51,001 nt of DNA from a virus (Duplodnaviria; Caudoviricetes), in the IMG/VR virus record IMGVR_UViG_3300020045_001742, positions 1 to 51,001 of that record; one strand, 5' to 3'. The position numbers were made by a program, and so were the translations under genes. Below, piece by piece: positions 7,948 through 17,012 of this stretch. Below the pieces are notes generated by a model. It saw only the letters and a list, made by a program, of their open reading frames with translations. It was not told where the DNA came from and made no database searches. The number at the start of each line of letters is the position of its first letter. The stretch's first letter is position 1.

Positions 7948-9369
7948 ATGACACTTAATACAACCGGGTTTGAGCGCCCACGACTGACAGATATTAAATC
8001 TGATTATGACCAACGGTTTACCGATGCTTTAGGTCCTATTAATACATCACCTGATGCAGTTATTGGTCAGATCATTGGAATCTTTTCTTCGGCGCTTGAT
8101 GATGCTTATGAAACATTGCAGGACAATTATGATTCAATGTATCCGCGAAGCGCTGAAGGAACTAGCCTAGATGGTGCTGTTTCGTTTGTTGGCTTGGAGC
8201 GCCTAGGCTCTACGTCAACCACGGTAACGGCTTGCGTTTATGGTACTGAGTCAACCCTATTGCCAACGGGTGTAATGACTCGCGCCGGATCAGTGCAATA
8301 TGCCACGACTGCTGATACTATTATCAGTCGAGCTAATGCACTTGATGTTGAAATTGAAGTCGGCACAGTCGTTAACTCTATGGCTTACCAGATCATCGCC
8401 GGTGGCGTTTTGGCTCAATATATTAGCGACGCCAGCGCCACAGCTGAAGAGATTCTTAACGGCCTTGCAGCGGCGTTTAATCCACTTAATTTCACCGCTA
8501 CAGTTACCGGGTCAACTTTGCGGCTGCATAGCTTTGACAATGTTTCTGATTTCCCGTTGACGCTTGACGCAAACCTGACCATCACAAAACTTGGTTCACC
8601 GGCTGTTTTTACGGCTATCGAACTTGGTGCAAGTGTCTTGCCAGTGGGTGCATTGGTGACGATTGACAGCCCTATTCTTGGATGGGACTCTGTATCTAAT
8701 CTGGTAGCTGGCACGACTGGACGCGATGTTGAGTCTGATGCTGATTTGCGCACTCGCCATTCCACAAGCATTCGTGCTACAGGTAGCGCCACGGTTAAAG
8801 CCATCATAGCGCGGTTGTTGTCTGATGTGCCTGAAATTACAGCCGTGCAAGTTTACGAAAATCGAACGTCAAACGTAGTTGATTCTATGCCTTCTCATAG
8901 TTTCGAGGCTGTCGTTAGTGGCGGCGCTACGCAGGACATTATTGATAAGATTTTTGAATTAAAACCGGCTGGTATTGAAACTTACGGCACTACGTCAGGC
9001 CAAGCGATTGACGACAATGGCGATGCTCAAACAATTAAGTTTTCACGCCCTGTTACTCAGCATGCGTGGATTCGTGTTTCAGTTGACGCACTGTATTCAG
9101 AAGAGGTTTTATCAGCCACGACAAGCTCAGCCATAGAAGACGCTGTATTGGCTTATGGCGCAACTCTTGGGGTTGGTACTGATATTCTTCCTCAGCGCTT
9201 CTATGGGCCTGTTTATAGCTCTACAACCGGCTTAGGCCAGATCACAGTAGAGGCCGCAATCACGTCGCTACCGGGTGATACTCCTGTTTATTCAACCAAC
9301 AATATTTCAATTGGTAGAGCTGTAATTTCTGAATTCAGCTTAGACCGCATCTCGGTGGTTGGTGTATGA
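7948..9369 (+). CDS. Baseplate J/gp47-like wedge protein
   Basis: SAEGTSLD, GRDVESDADLRTR, HSFEAVVSGG and KPAGIETYG motifs. Confidence 0.9.
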   Translation: MTLNTTGFERPRLTDIKSDYDQRFTDALGPINTSPDAVIGQIIGIFSSALDDAYETLQDNYDSMYPRSAEGTSLDGAVSFVGLERLGSTSTTVTACVYGTESTLLPTGVMTRAGSVQYATTADTIISRANALDVEIEVGTVVNSMAYQIIAGGVLAQYISDASATAEEILNGLAAAFNPLNFTATVTGSTLRLHSFDNVSDFPLTLDANLTITKLGSPAVFTAIELGASVLPVGALVTIDSPILGWDSVSNLVAGTTGRDVESDADLRTRHSTSIRATGSATVKAIIARLLSDVPEITAVQVYENRTSNVVDSMPSHSFEAVVSGGATQDIIDKIFELKPAGIETYGTTSGQAIDDNGDAQTIKFSRPVTQHAWIRVSVDALYSEEVLSATTSSAIEDAVLAYGATLGVGTDILPQRFYGPVYSSTTGLGQITVEAAITSLPGDTPVYSTNNISIGRAVISEFSLDRISVVGV

Positions 9370-10091
9370 GTTATGTAAGCGATGCTATATCGCGTATCAC
9401 TAGCCAGTTTGAACAGTCGCCAAAGGTATTGGCGTTGCTTGCGGCCATTGTTGGGCCACTGGATTCTTTGCAAGCAACGTCTTACAGTGTTAAAACTGAG
9501 CGATGGATTGATACAGCCATTGGCAAGCAATTGGACGGGTGCGGGTATATAGTTGGTGAGACACGTCAAGGACGTGATGACGATTCATACCGAGCTGCTA
9601 TTAAATTCAGGGTGTTTGTAAACGTCTCAGAAGGTACGCCTGGCGCACTGATTAAGGGTCTTAAATACCTTGTTTCGTCTGATGAATATCAGTACATTGA
9701 GGCTTACCCTGCAACTGCAATTCTTTTTGCCAACGGACCGGTGGTTGCAACTGGAATTCAAGCGCAAATTCAAGACTTGGCACCGGCTGCAATATCTGAC
9801 GTGCCAGTTATGGTTAGCTACACTGAAAAACCATTTAGGTTTAGTAAGTCTTTAAATTTACCAACTTTCAAAACTGCAACTGGTAATTTTTTAAAGCTTA
9901 ACGGTAAAAAATTCAGGGTTAATTCATCATCTGTTTCTAGTTACGGACCAACACTTTCAGGAATTGCGCATGGCGTATTTGCAGCTAACGGTTTACGGTT
10001 TAAAATCAATGGTAAGCGCATCAGAATCCACTCAAGAAATAACGATGTAATTCTGGATTCTGGATACCATTTAACAGGTGTTTTTCAATGA
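9366..10091 (+). CDS. Baseplate wedge protein (DUF2612-like)
   Basis: IDTAIGKQLDGCGYIVG and DDSYRAAIK motifs; follows baseplate J. Confidence 0.75.
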   Translation: MSYVSDAISRITSQFEQSPKVLALLAAIVGPLDSLQATSYSVKTERWIDTAIGKQLDGCGYIVGETRQGRDDDSYRAAIKFRVFVNVSEGTPGALIKGLKYLVSSDEYQYIEAYPATAILFANGPVVATGIQAQIQDLAPAAISDVPVMVSYTEKPFRFSKSLNLPTFKTATGNFLKLNGKKFRVNSSSVSSYGPTLSGIAHGVFAANGLRFKINGKRIRIHSRNNDVILDSGYHLTGVFQ

Positions 10092-10528
10092 CAAGTTTCT
10101 CAGATACTTATCTGTCTTATTCAGATGGACAGCAAAACAGCAATCAGCCACCAGATTCCATCATGGCTACTGGGTTCATTCCTGCTACGTCTGGCAACCG
10201 TGGTCAGCCATTGCCTGCGTCGTGGCTTAATTGGCTTTTTAACCGCGTGTTTAAGCATATTAATCGTGATGTAGTAACAGATGCTTTGGGTGTTGGCTTA
10301 TTCAAAACTGAAAATGCAATGATTCGCTTGGAAGCTTTTGATTTGTCAGACTCAAATAAATACTTGGTTGCAATTGGTTATAAGACTGCAGGTGTTGCAC
10401 CACAATTGAAGGTTGTTTCAAGTGCGACATTAACACTCGGAACTGGTACAATTGACGGAAATCAGCCTATCTCAGGTGGTACTAATGTGAAAATAGTCGG
10501 GTATTCCCGGCAAGTTGGAGAGTTATAA
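10088..10528 (+). CDS. Tail fibre proximal/attachment protein
   Basis: GFIP..GQPLPASWLNWLFN motif typical of fibre N-termini. Confidence 0.6.
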   Translation: MTSFSDTYLSYSDGQQNSNQPPDSIMATGFIPATSGNRGQPLPASWLNWLFNRVFKHINRDVVTDALGVGLFKTENAMIRLEAFDLSDSNKYLVAIGYKTAGVAPQLKVVSSATLTLGTGTIDGNQPISGGTNVKIVGYSRQVGEL

Positions 10529-11197
10529 ATGGCTTTGACCACGACTGAAGAAGCGCAATTACGCGCTTTACTTGTAAAACAAACTGAACTGCTTTCACTG
10601 GCTGCTAGTGAACCTTCGATTATTAGCGAGCTTGGTGCTGGTGATACTACTTTCCCGGAGTTGATGGCAGCCACAGTTATAAATGATGCTGACTTGCTTT
10701 TGATTCGTCAAGGGACTGAAGAGAAGAGCGCTACAGGTGCAGTTCTTAAAACTACTTTAGGCGGATTGTTTGCAGCCAAAGGTGCGAACACAGATATCAC
10801 TAGCCTTGCATCCCCCGCCATTGGATCGGCCACAGCGACTACTCAAGCAACAAATGACAGCACTACGAAAGTGGCTACGACTGCATTTGTAAACCCTGGT
10901 TCATCGTTGGCCTCAAGTGGTTGGCAAAAACTTCCAAGTGGCTTGATTATTCAGTGGGTAACCGGGTCTATCGCAACAGCAGGGGATCAAGACCAAACTA
11001 TTACGTTCCCAATTGCATTCCCAAATGAATGCATTCATCTTTGCGTATCTACAAAATCTGGATCTAGCATTGAGTCTGATGCGTGGTTTCAAGAAAAATC
11101 ATCAAACAACTCTAGTTGTGTCGTTGTTTCACAGTGGACTGGCGCAGGAAATGTAGCTGGTGGAGTAACTCCTCGTATTTTTGCAATAGGTAAATAA
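10529..11197 (+). CDS. Tail fibre protein with gp53-like C-terminal domain
   Basis: GANTDITSL, TKVATTAFV, SGWQKLPSGLIIQW and FPIAFPN motifs. Confidence 0.8.
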   Translation: MALTTTEEAQLRALLVKQTELLSLAASEPSIISELGAGDTTFPELMAATVINDADLLLIRQGTEEKSATGAVLKTTLGGLFAAKGANTDITSLASPAIGSATATTQATNDSTTKVATTAFVNPGSSLASSGWQKLPSGLIIQWVTGSIATAGDQDQTITFPIAFPNECIHLCVSTKSGSSIESDAWFQEKSSNNSSCVVVSQWTGAGNVAGGVTPRIFAIGK

Positions 11198-11206
11198 AGG
11201 CTAAAA

Positions 11207-11623
11207 ATGTTTTACTCACAATCAACTGGTGGTTTTTACATCACCGAAATCCACGGAAAAAATATCCCTTCTGATTCCGTTGAAATAACATTAGAACATC
11301 ATGAAATTCTCATGTCAGGTCAATCTAATGGTTTTCAAATTGTTTCTGATGAATCAGGATTCCCTGATCTTGGACCAAAACCAGAATACGATGCTTTTAT
11401 TTTACCAATCACCCCTCGCCAAATTCGCCAAGCCTTAACAGCCGCTGGACTGCGTGAATCTGTTGAATCTGGCGTAGCAGCTGGATCGCAGGACTTGAAG
11501 GATTGGTGGGAATTCTCTGACTCATTTGAGCGTATGCATCCTGAAGTTATTGCCTTCGGAATTGCGCTTAAAAAGTCAGATAAAGAACTTGATGCACTTT
11601 GGGCTCTTGGCGCTTCGTTGTGA
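11207..11623 (+). CDS. Tail fibre assembly chaperone
   Basis: MFYSQSTGGFY..IHG..IPSDSVEIT N-terminus; ITPRQIRQAL motif. Confidence 0.75.
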   Translation: MFYSQSTGGFYITEIHGKNIPSDSVEITLEHHEILMSGQSNGFQIVSDESGFPDLGPKPEYDAFILPITPRQIRQALTAAGLRESVESGVAAGSQDLKDWWEFSDSFERMHPEVIAFGIALKKSDKELDALWALGASL

Positions 11624-11901
11624 TTATTGTTTTATTCTTGCTTTACCCACTCGCCATACAATATGAGCGCGGTGGGTTGTGGCGCTTGCTTTTGCCAATT
11701 ACTTTAATCACTGCAATTATTGATGTGTACGTAAATTACACTGAGTTGGCGTTGATTACATGGGACTGGCCTAAAGCTGGAGAATACACTGTAAGCGACA
11801 AGCTAGAGCGCATTAAAAACCTTGAAGACTGGCGCGGTAAAACTACTCGCTTTTTTGAACCATATCTGGATTATTGTGATCCAGATGGAAACCATATTTA
11901 A
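11620..11901 (+). CDS. Hypothetical membrane protein
   Basis: GTG overlaps upstream stop; two hydrophobic segments; ends DPDGNHI. Confidence 0.6.
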   Translation: MIIVLFLLYPLAIQYERGGLWRLLLPITLITAIIDVYVNYTELALITWDWPKAGEYTVSDKLERIKNLEDWRGKTTRFFEPYLDYCDPDGNHI

Positions 11902-11902
11902 A

Positions 11903-12298
11903 ATGAGTGAAGCACTAGACAGGCGCATACAGACTAATTCAGATCGTCGTGCAATACCTCCAGATGTTGACAGGCGTAAAGATGACAAATCATTGCTTGT
12001 ACTGGTGCAGCTTGTACATGACGAGGTTAAAGGACTTCAAAAAAAGGTTGGTGAAATTCGTGATGATGAATCTTTGGCGCTTGCAGAAGCTGTTAATAAA
12101 TTGATGATCGCATCATTCCCAGGGGGTGATCCAATTGGCCATAAAGCAATACATGAGGCTGACATTCAAGCAGCTAAAGATAAAGCTGAGTTTTGGCACA
12201 AAATGCGTTTTGAGTTATCACGCGCCGGTTTACTTGGGTTTTTAGCTTGGGCTGGAGTGCAGCTCTGGCACGGCGCATTAGCAGGGCCATCAAAATGA
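11903..12298 (+). CDS. Hypothetical lysis-module protein with C-terminal TM helix (holin/antiholin candidate)
   Basis: FPGGDPIGH motif and C-terminal hydrophobic helix; upstream of endolysin. Confidence 0.5.
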   Translation: MSEALDRRIQTNSDRRAIPPDVDRRKDDKSLLVLVQLVHDEVKGLQKKVGEIRDDESLALAEAVNKLMIASFPGGDPIGHKAIHEADIQAAKDKAEFWHKMRFELSRAGLLGFLAWAGVQLWHGALAGPSK

Positions 12299-12372
12299 TG
12301 TGTTGGATTGTAATGTTGCACTGGATGCAAAACGAGTGGGAAAATATCTATGATAAACAGTCGAAACCTTGA
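12295..12372 (+). CDS. 25-aa small ORF in lysis cassette
   Basis: ATGA overlap with upstream stop; MMCWIVMLHWMQNEWENIYDKQSKP. Confidence 0.35.
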   Translation: MMCWIVMLHWMQNEWENIYDKQSKP

Positions 12373-12757
12373 CGATCTAACGCCAGATACCAAAGATAAG
12401 GCAAAGGCGTTAATCGCTGGATGCTTGCTTGAGGGTATCGACTTGATTATGACAAGCACTTATCGGGACTATGCGTCTCAGGGTGCTTTGTACGATCAAG
12501 GGCGTAAAACCATTGGTAAGATTGTTACAAATGCAAAGCCTGGTTATAGCTTTCATAACCACCGAGTTGCATTTGATGTTGTTCCAGTGGTAGCTGGTAA
12601 GGCTATATGGGATGACGCTCGCTTGTGGTCACGCATTGGCGCTGTAGGCGCTTTGGCTGGCCTTGAATGGGGCGGTTTGTGGAAGTTCAAAGATAAACCA
12701 CATTTTCAAAATACATGCGGTCATTCTATTGATGACTTTTTACGGGAACATGCGTAA
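12350..12757 (+). CDS. Endolysin, M15 family L-Ala-D-Glu peptidase type
   Basis: STYRDYASQ..LY.QGR, SFHNHRVAFD and WGG.W...DKPHFQ motifs. Confidence 0.9.
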   Translation: MINSRNLDDLTPDTKDKAKALIAGCLLEGIDLIMTSTYRDYASQGALYDQGRKTIGKIVTNAKPGYSFHNHRVAFDVVPVVAGKAIWDDARLWSRIGAVGALAGLEWGGLWKFKDKPHFQNTCGHSIDDFLREHA

Positions 12758-13263
12758 TGGATTGGCTTAAATCACTAGCCCCAACGGTTGCAACGGCTTT
12801 GCTAGGCCCTTTGGGTGGCGTGGCTGTATCTGCGTTGGGCGGGTTGCTTGGAGTATCTGAAGCCACTCAGGACAAGATTACAAGCGCCATTAAAGACGGT
12901 AACTTGACGCCAGATCAGATTACAAAGCTTAAAGAGCTTGAACTTGAGTATCGGAATAATGAAAAAGAACGCGGGTTTAAATATTCAGAACTTGCATTCA
13001 AAGATCGTGATTCTGCCCGCACGGCCAACGTGTCAGGCGGAACTCAAAAGATGCTTTTTTGGCTGTCGCTTGTTTTGCTTATATGCACTTTAGGAACTGA
13101 GATTTCAGTCCTATTTTTTGGCTATCCAACACAGATACCTGAAATTGTAGTAGGTCGAGTGCTTGGATTAATGGATGCCGTGGCTATGATGGTTATGTCA
13201 TATTGGTACGGCACAACTTCAGGCAGTGCAGATAAAAATAAGATGCTTTTAGAAGCCAAATAA
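12757..13263 (+). CDS. Holin-like membrane protein
   Basis: LAPTVATALLGPLGG, DRDSAR and SYWYGTTSGS motifs; TM segments; follows endolysin. Confidence 0.7.
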   Translation: MDWLKSLAPTVATALLGPLGGVAVSALGGLLGVSEATQDKITSAIKDGNLTPDQITKLKELELEYRNNEKERGFKYSELAFKDRDSARTANVSGGTQKMLFWLSLVLLICTLGTEISVLFFGYPTQIPEIVVGRVLGLMDAVAMMVMSYWYGTTSGSADKNKMLLEAK

Positions 13264-13265
13264 AC

Positions 13266-13289
13266 AAACCCGCGTAATGCGGGTTTTTT
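13266..13289. terminator. Terminator between convergent arms
   Basis: aaacccgc-gtaat-gcgggtttttt. Confidence 0.85.
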
Positions 13290-13295
13290 GTTATT

Positions 13296-13445
13296 TCAAA
13301 AAGCTAGTCTATCTGTCATTATTCGATCATAAAGAACCATAGCTCTTGTTTTTGAATAAATATCACCTGTTTTTCTGTATCTACTATGCCAAATTTCACT
13401 TACGTACAAAGCTGCAAATAACTTTTCAAAGTAAGTCATCATCAT
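13296..13445 (-). CDS. Small hypothetical protein (49 aa)
   Basis: ATGA overlap with MazG-like stop; open to TGA. Confidence 0.45.
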   Translation of the reverse strand: MMMTYFEKLFAALYVSEIWHSRYRKTGDIYSKTRAMVLYDRIMTDRLAF

Positions 13446-13744
13446 TCCTTCACAAAACAACCATTAGGCATCAAAGTACCTTTTCGGTCTTTGATTTCTT
13501 GGTAAGCTGAATTCAAGCAAGAAACCAAGTCTAACTTTTCCTTTTCAGCAACGATAATCAGCGTCACCAATACGTCACCAAGGCCATCAATCACGCCTAC
13601 TCTGTCGCCTTTGATTAGTGCGTCTGCCAGTTCACCAAGCTCTGAAACTGTCTTCAAAAGCTGGGTTTGGCTTGTTGCATTTGGGATAATCTTACGAGCT
13701 TTAGCCCAGTCGATTACTTTGGCTTCTAGTGTTTCAAATTGCAT
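13442..13744 (-). CDS. MazG-like nucleotide pyrophosphohydrolase
   Basis: Q..K..SELGELA..IDGLGDVLVTLI..AYQEIKDRKG motif. Confidence 0.88.
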   Translation of the reverse strand: MQFETLEAKVIDWAKARKIIPNATSQTQLLKTVSELGELADALIKGDRVGVIDGLGDVLVTLIIVAEKEKLDLVSCLNSAYQEIKDRKGTLMPNGCFVKE

Positions 13745-13917
13745 TTTGTTTCCTTAAATAAGTCTGGTTGATCGTTTATAACTGCTTGCGAGTTATGAGG
13801 CTTGTAAGCCTTGTTTTTCAGTTCATCATAGCAAGTTGGACCAATGGCCTTGCCGTCTAAATAAAAGTGCTTGCCGCCTGATTTAAGAGGCTTTCCACAC
13901 TTAAAGCATCTAAGCAT
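13726..13917 (-). CDS. Small Zn-finger-like hypothetical protein
   Basis: CFKCGKPL...GPTC; ends QPDLF. Confidence 0.55.
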   Translation of the reverse strand: MLRCFKCGKPLKSGGKHFYLDGKAIGPTCYDELKNKAYKPHNSQAVINDQPDLFKETKCNLKH

Positions 13918-14383
13918 TCATCAGTCCAAATTCTGAACGCTTGTTTTTCTGCTTCGCCATCGCAAGCTTCAAATACTTGTCATAGTCGCTGCGAGGGATA
14001 CTTTTACGCTGTGCATCATGCCAGTCCCACAGCTCACGCAAAATGGTAATCTCGCTTTCGCGTGCATCAAACTTACCCCACTTTTCAAACCGTTTAATAA
14101 GGTTTGCAATGGCTGTTCGCGCTTGATCGCAAACTGGCATCACTTCAAACTTACCTACTCCATTTTCAGCCATTACAACAGACATAGAATACAGAGCCAA
14201 AACATCGTAAAGGTCTTGTTCGGTACCGGCGTGATCTTGCATTGACTGAATTGCCGACAACTCACGAATGCGAATGTCTTGTAACACTTCATCATTAATT
14301 GCGCACGCTCCAATAATCGCATGGGCTACTGCGCTAAATCCTGGCGATGTATTCCAGTGTTTTCGTTTGCATGACTTTCTCAT
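13910..14383 (-). CDS. Hypothetical phage protein
   Basis: ORF in tightly coupled operon; MRKSCKRK N-terminus. Confidence 0.65.
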   Translation of the reverse strand: MRKSCKRKHWNTSPGFSAVAHAIIGACAINDEVLQDIRIRELSAIQSMQDHAGTEQDLYDVLALYSMSVVMAENGVGKFEVMPVCDQARTAIANLIKRFEKWGKFDARESEITILRELWDWHDAQRKSIPRSDYDKYLKLAMAKQKNKRSEFGLMNA

Positions 14384-14688
14384 AGCTTGGCTTTCTGAGA
14401 TTCGTAAAGTGCATTTAATGCGTCGGCCATCATCTGTCCAACTTCGTCCTGCAACTCAGCGGAATTCGGCATGTAGCCAATCCGGCCCCAGCCTCTTACT
14501 TGTGCTGCCACGGCACACTCGACTGTGTTAGGCCCGGTAAAGCCGCCTTGATCAGCTACCATGTTTTTCTTTGAATCGTAGATGTATCCGTGCAAATATT
14601 TGAACGGCGGCGTGTAGATCGCCATAGCCGCTGCTCGTTTGCTTCCGAATGGTGGCAATTTTTCAGTTGCTTCACTAATGGTTTTCAT
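14380..14688 (-). CDS. Hypothetical protein
   Basis: YTPPF..GYIYD..MVAD..VRGWGRIGY; ATGA coupling. Confidence 0.65.
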   Translation of the reverse strand: MKTISEATEKLPPFGSKRAAAMAIYTPPFKYLHGYIYDSKKNMVADQGGFTGPNTVECAVAAQVRGWGRIGYMPNSAELQDEVGQMMADALNALYESQKAKL

Positions 14689-14689
14689 A

Positions 14690-14899
14690 TCAAGCCTTGA
14701 AATAATCGTAAGGAGTCCGAGCGCTGCTTGTCATTCCGATCATTGGCCGGTGAGCAATTAAAACACCACTTACCATGCTTGGCTTATCATAAGCATCCAT
14801 AGAGCCAGGACGGCCATCCCATCGCTTTAATTCTGCACCGTCATAAATTCCTGAGAATTTATTTAACATTTGCGGTGGTGTTTTCTTTTTGGTTGCCAT
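14690..14899 (-). CDS. Hypothetical protein
   Basis: YDGAEL..RPGSMDA..PS motif; SD aagga before ATG 14899. Confidence 0.6.
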   Translation of the reverse strand: MATKKKTPPQMLNKFSGIYDGAELKRWDGRPGSMDAYDKPSMVSGVLIAHRPMIGMTSSARTPYDYFKA

Positions 14900-15032
14900 T
14901 TTTAGATTCCTTTGTGTTGTTGATAAAGTCTTTTGCAATCGATGGCCAGCCCAAACGGTATGCCTTGTCGTATTGCTCTTGAGTCACCCGAACGCGAAGT
15001 GTTGGATATTTTTGTGTAGCGCCCTTACTCAC
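14859..15032 (-). CDS. Small ribbon-helix-helix-like DNA-binding protein
   Basis: GTG overlapping upstream stop; PTLRVRVTQEQYDKAYRLG pattern. Confidence 0.45.
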   Translation of the reverse strand: MSKGATQKYPTLRVRVTQEQYDKAYRLGWPSIAKDFINNTKESKNGNQKENTTANVK

Positions 15033-15205
15033 AGAAAGTACTCCATAGCTGCATAAGCCAAACCGATACCGATTGAAACTGACAGCATTACGTCTGCCAG
15101 TTTCTCGTATTGAAGGCGCTTATACGATGTGATTGACGATGCGTAGTTCACAGTTTTAGGAAATGCTTCGTCAATAGTGCGTGAGAATTTACGGGTTGTT
15201 TCCAT
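15029..15205 (-). CDS. Small hypothetical membrane protein
   Basis: TTRKFSRTIDEAF N-terminus, C-terminal TM; own promoter motif at 15236. Confidence 0.65.
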   Translation of the reverse strand: METTRKFSRTIDEAFPKTVNYASSITSYKRLQYEKLADVMLSVSIGIGLAYAAMEYFL

Positions 15206-15323
15206 TTTTAGACCTTGGATAATTGTTGATAATTCATTGTAGCACATCAAATGCGCTACGTTATTTTTATTTTTGTGCTGGTGCATGTCCATCATTCATT
15301 CCAGCCTCGTAAGCTTCACGCAT

Positions 15324-15596
15324 TCACTGCTTGACTCCAATAGAGTGCGCTACGTCAGAATACCATCTTTCAAATTTCGAGTCGCCAACACGCTTGCGCT
15401 CAAACTTTGTCCTGAACTTAACTCCTTGCGCTTCGCAAACATCTTTTACAGATGGCTGCTTTGCAACATGCACAATGCTCTGCGATTCTTCGCGCTTTCG
15501 TTCTTCCCACGTACGTAATAAATCCAATGGCTCAAGGCCGTCTACTTTTGTAGCATTTTGCGAGAGCCACTGATTCATCGCTTCAATAGTTTTCAT
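15324..15596 (-). CDS. Hypothetical protein
   Basis: SD aagga then ATG 15596. Confidence 0.5.
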   Translation of the reverse strand: MKTIEAMNQWLSQNATKVDGLEPLDLLRTWEERKREESQSIVHVAKQPSVKDVCEAQGVKFRTKFERKRVGDSKFERWYSDVAHSIGVKQ

Positions 15597-15609
15597 TTCG
15601 TTTTCCTTT

Positions 15610-15795
15610 TTAAGCAGTCTTACGCGCCTTATAAGACTCAATTTTATTAACAGCGCGATAAACAGTTGTGTAACCTACGCCTAAAGCATCGGCTATGGCG
15701 TGGTAGGTTCGTCCTTGCTCACGTAGTTTAATCAGCGTAGGCATAATACTTTGGTCGAAAATCCTACGGGCATCTGAATCGTTTCGCTTTGCCAT
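15610..15795 (-). CDS. Small helix-turn-helix protein
   Basis: LREQGRTYHAIADALGVGYTTVYRAV. Confidence 0.8.
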   Translation of the reverse strand: MAKRNDSDARRIFDQSIMPTLIKLREQGRTYHAIADALGVGYTTVYRAVNKIESYKARKTA

Positions 15796-15797
15796 GA

Positions 15798-15998
15798 TTA
15801 AAACGGAACCAAGTAATGAAACTGCTCACACTCATTAGGTGAATGCAGATAATCATCAGGAACTGAACCATTGAAAACGCAGACGTTGCCGTTTATCTTG
15901 TCTAGGTTATCGCAGTCAAAACAGCGATTAAGATTTAAGAAAACTTCAGCTTCAAGTCGAACGCGCAAAGCTTTCTCGTATTGTTCTTTGTCTGTCAT
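15798..15998 (-). CDS. Cys-rich hypothetical protein
   Basis: CFDCD..C..C, ends VPF. Confidence 0.6.
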   Translation of the reverse strand: MTDKEQYEKALRVRLEAEVFLNLNRCFDCDNLDKINGNVCVFNGSVPDDYLHSPNECEQFHYLVPF

Positions 15999-16229
15999 TT
16001 AAAAATCCTCGGTTTTGATCAATGCTTTGGTTTCAATCAATCCAATAATTCCAACTGATAGCAATTCTGCAATGTCGATACCGTTCAGCTTTGCAGTCTC
16101 AAGAATGCAGTACCCTGGATTATCTGGCTCCATTTGCACGCCATTCTCACGACTTCCTATCTCTGGTGGCTCATATCCAAACTCACACTCAAGTTCGCCA
16201 CCGTCGAAAATGTAAGTATATGTAATCAC
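15999..16229 (-). CDS. Hypothetical protein
   Basis: LECEFGYEPPEIGSRE..QMEPD motif. Confidence 0.65.
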   Translation of the reverse strand: MITYTYIFDGGELECEFGYEPPEIGSRENGVQMEPDNPGYCILETAKLNGIDIAELLSVGIIGLIETKALIKTEDF

Positions 16230-16711
16230 AATACCATCTCCAATTGGTTAGCCGCGTTATTCAATGCGGTAGCCATGTCACGGGCCTGTTGTGGTGTCAT
16301 TGAGTGCAAAAAATGCATTGAACCTAAATTCTGATGCACCTGAACCAATTTTCCTATGGTGGGCTCACTGTGAATTGCAGTCATGACAGTTACAAAATCC
16401 ATATTTGTAAAGTTTGGTATTAGGACGTTTTCCATTTTGTCTTTCGTGTTGTTGATTGATTTACCGATTTCAGCGGCTGCGCGGACGATTGCGCGTCGCA
16501 TGGAGGAATATTTGCATTTGCCTGCATGGTTTCTCAAATTTGCATTCATCAAATTTAGCTTAATCATAAGGCGGAAAGCATCACCATCTTTTGTTAGCGG
16601 ATTCCATCCAATAGGATATTTACACTCCCATCCAGAAAAGTTACCTTCGTTATTTTCAATTAGATCAGCAGCCTTTGCAGCCAACTCAAGTAATTCACGA
16701 TCAGTCATCAT
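16226..16711 (-). CDS. Hypothetical protein, apparent in-frame fusion of two small genes (second start 16435)
   Basis: TDRELLELAAKAA..WNPL..DGDAFRL..RRAIVRAAAEIGK module, then a leader-like repeat and MENVL. Confidence 0.6.
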   Translation of the reverse strand: MMTDRELLELAAKAADLIENNEGNFSGWECKYPIGWNPLTKDGDAFRLMIKLNLMNANLRNHAGKCKYSSMRRAIVRAAAEIGKSINNTKDKMENVLIPNFTNMDFVTVMTAIHSEPTIGKLVQVHQNLGSMHFLHSMTPQQARDMATALNNAANQLEMVL

Positions 16712-16728
16712 AATTACTTTCATGTTGA

Positions 16729-16935
16729 TTAAATTGTGACGTATTCTGCAACTTTACCGGCAAAGTTCTTTTGCAGTGTTGCTTGCTCTGAGTAGCGCGT
16801 AAACAATGTACGAATGTCGAAGCCAGCTTTTTGAAACGCGCTTTGTGCATTTGCCAAGCAAGTCTTATCGTTCGTTCCTGCCAGTGCGTACATTTTTGAT
16901 TTGATCTTTTGGCAAATGATAAATTGGTCAGTCAT
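16729..16935 (-). CDS. Hypothetical protein
   Basis: Promoter/leader motif and SD aagga before ATG 16935. Confidence 0.6.
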   Translation of the reverse strand: MTDQFIICQKIKSKMYALAGTNDKTCLANAQSAFQKAGFDIRTLFTRYSEQATLQKNFAGKVAEYVTI

Positions 16936-17012
16936 TTTGTTTTCCTTCGTGTTGTTGATGCTGTTAGTGTAGCACATCAAATTCAGTTACTCGAATAATT
17001 CGATGAACTGGT

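Noticed and set aside
5851-11623. Diversity-generating retroelement or invertible fibre locus
   Set aside because: No reverse transcriptase, invertase or template/variable repeat pair seen
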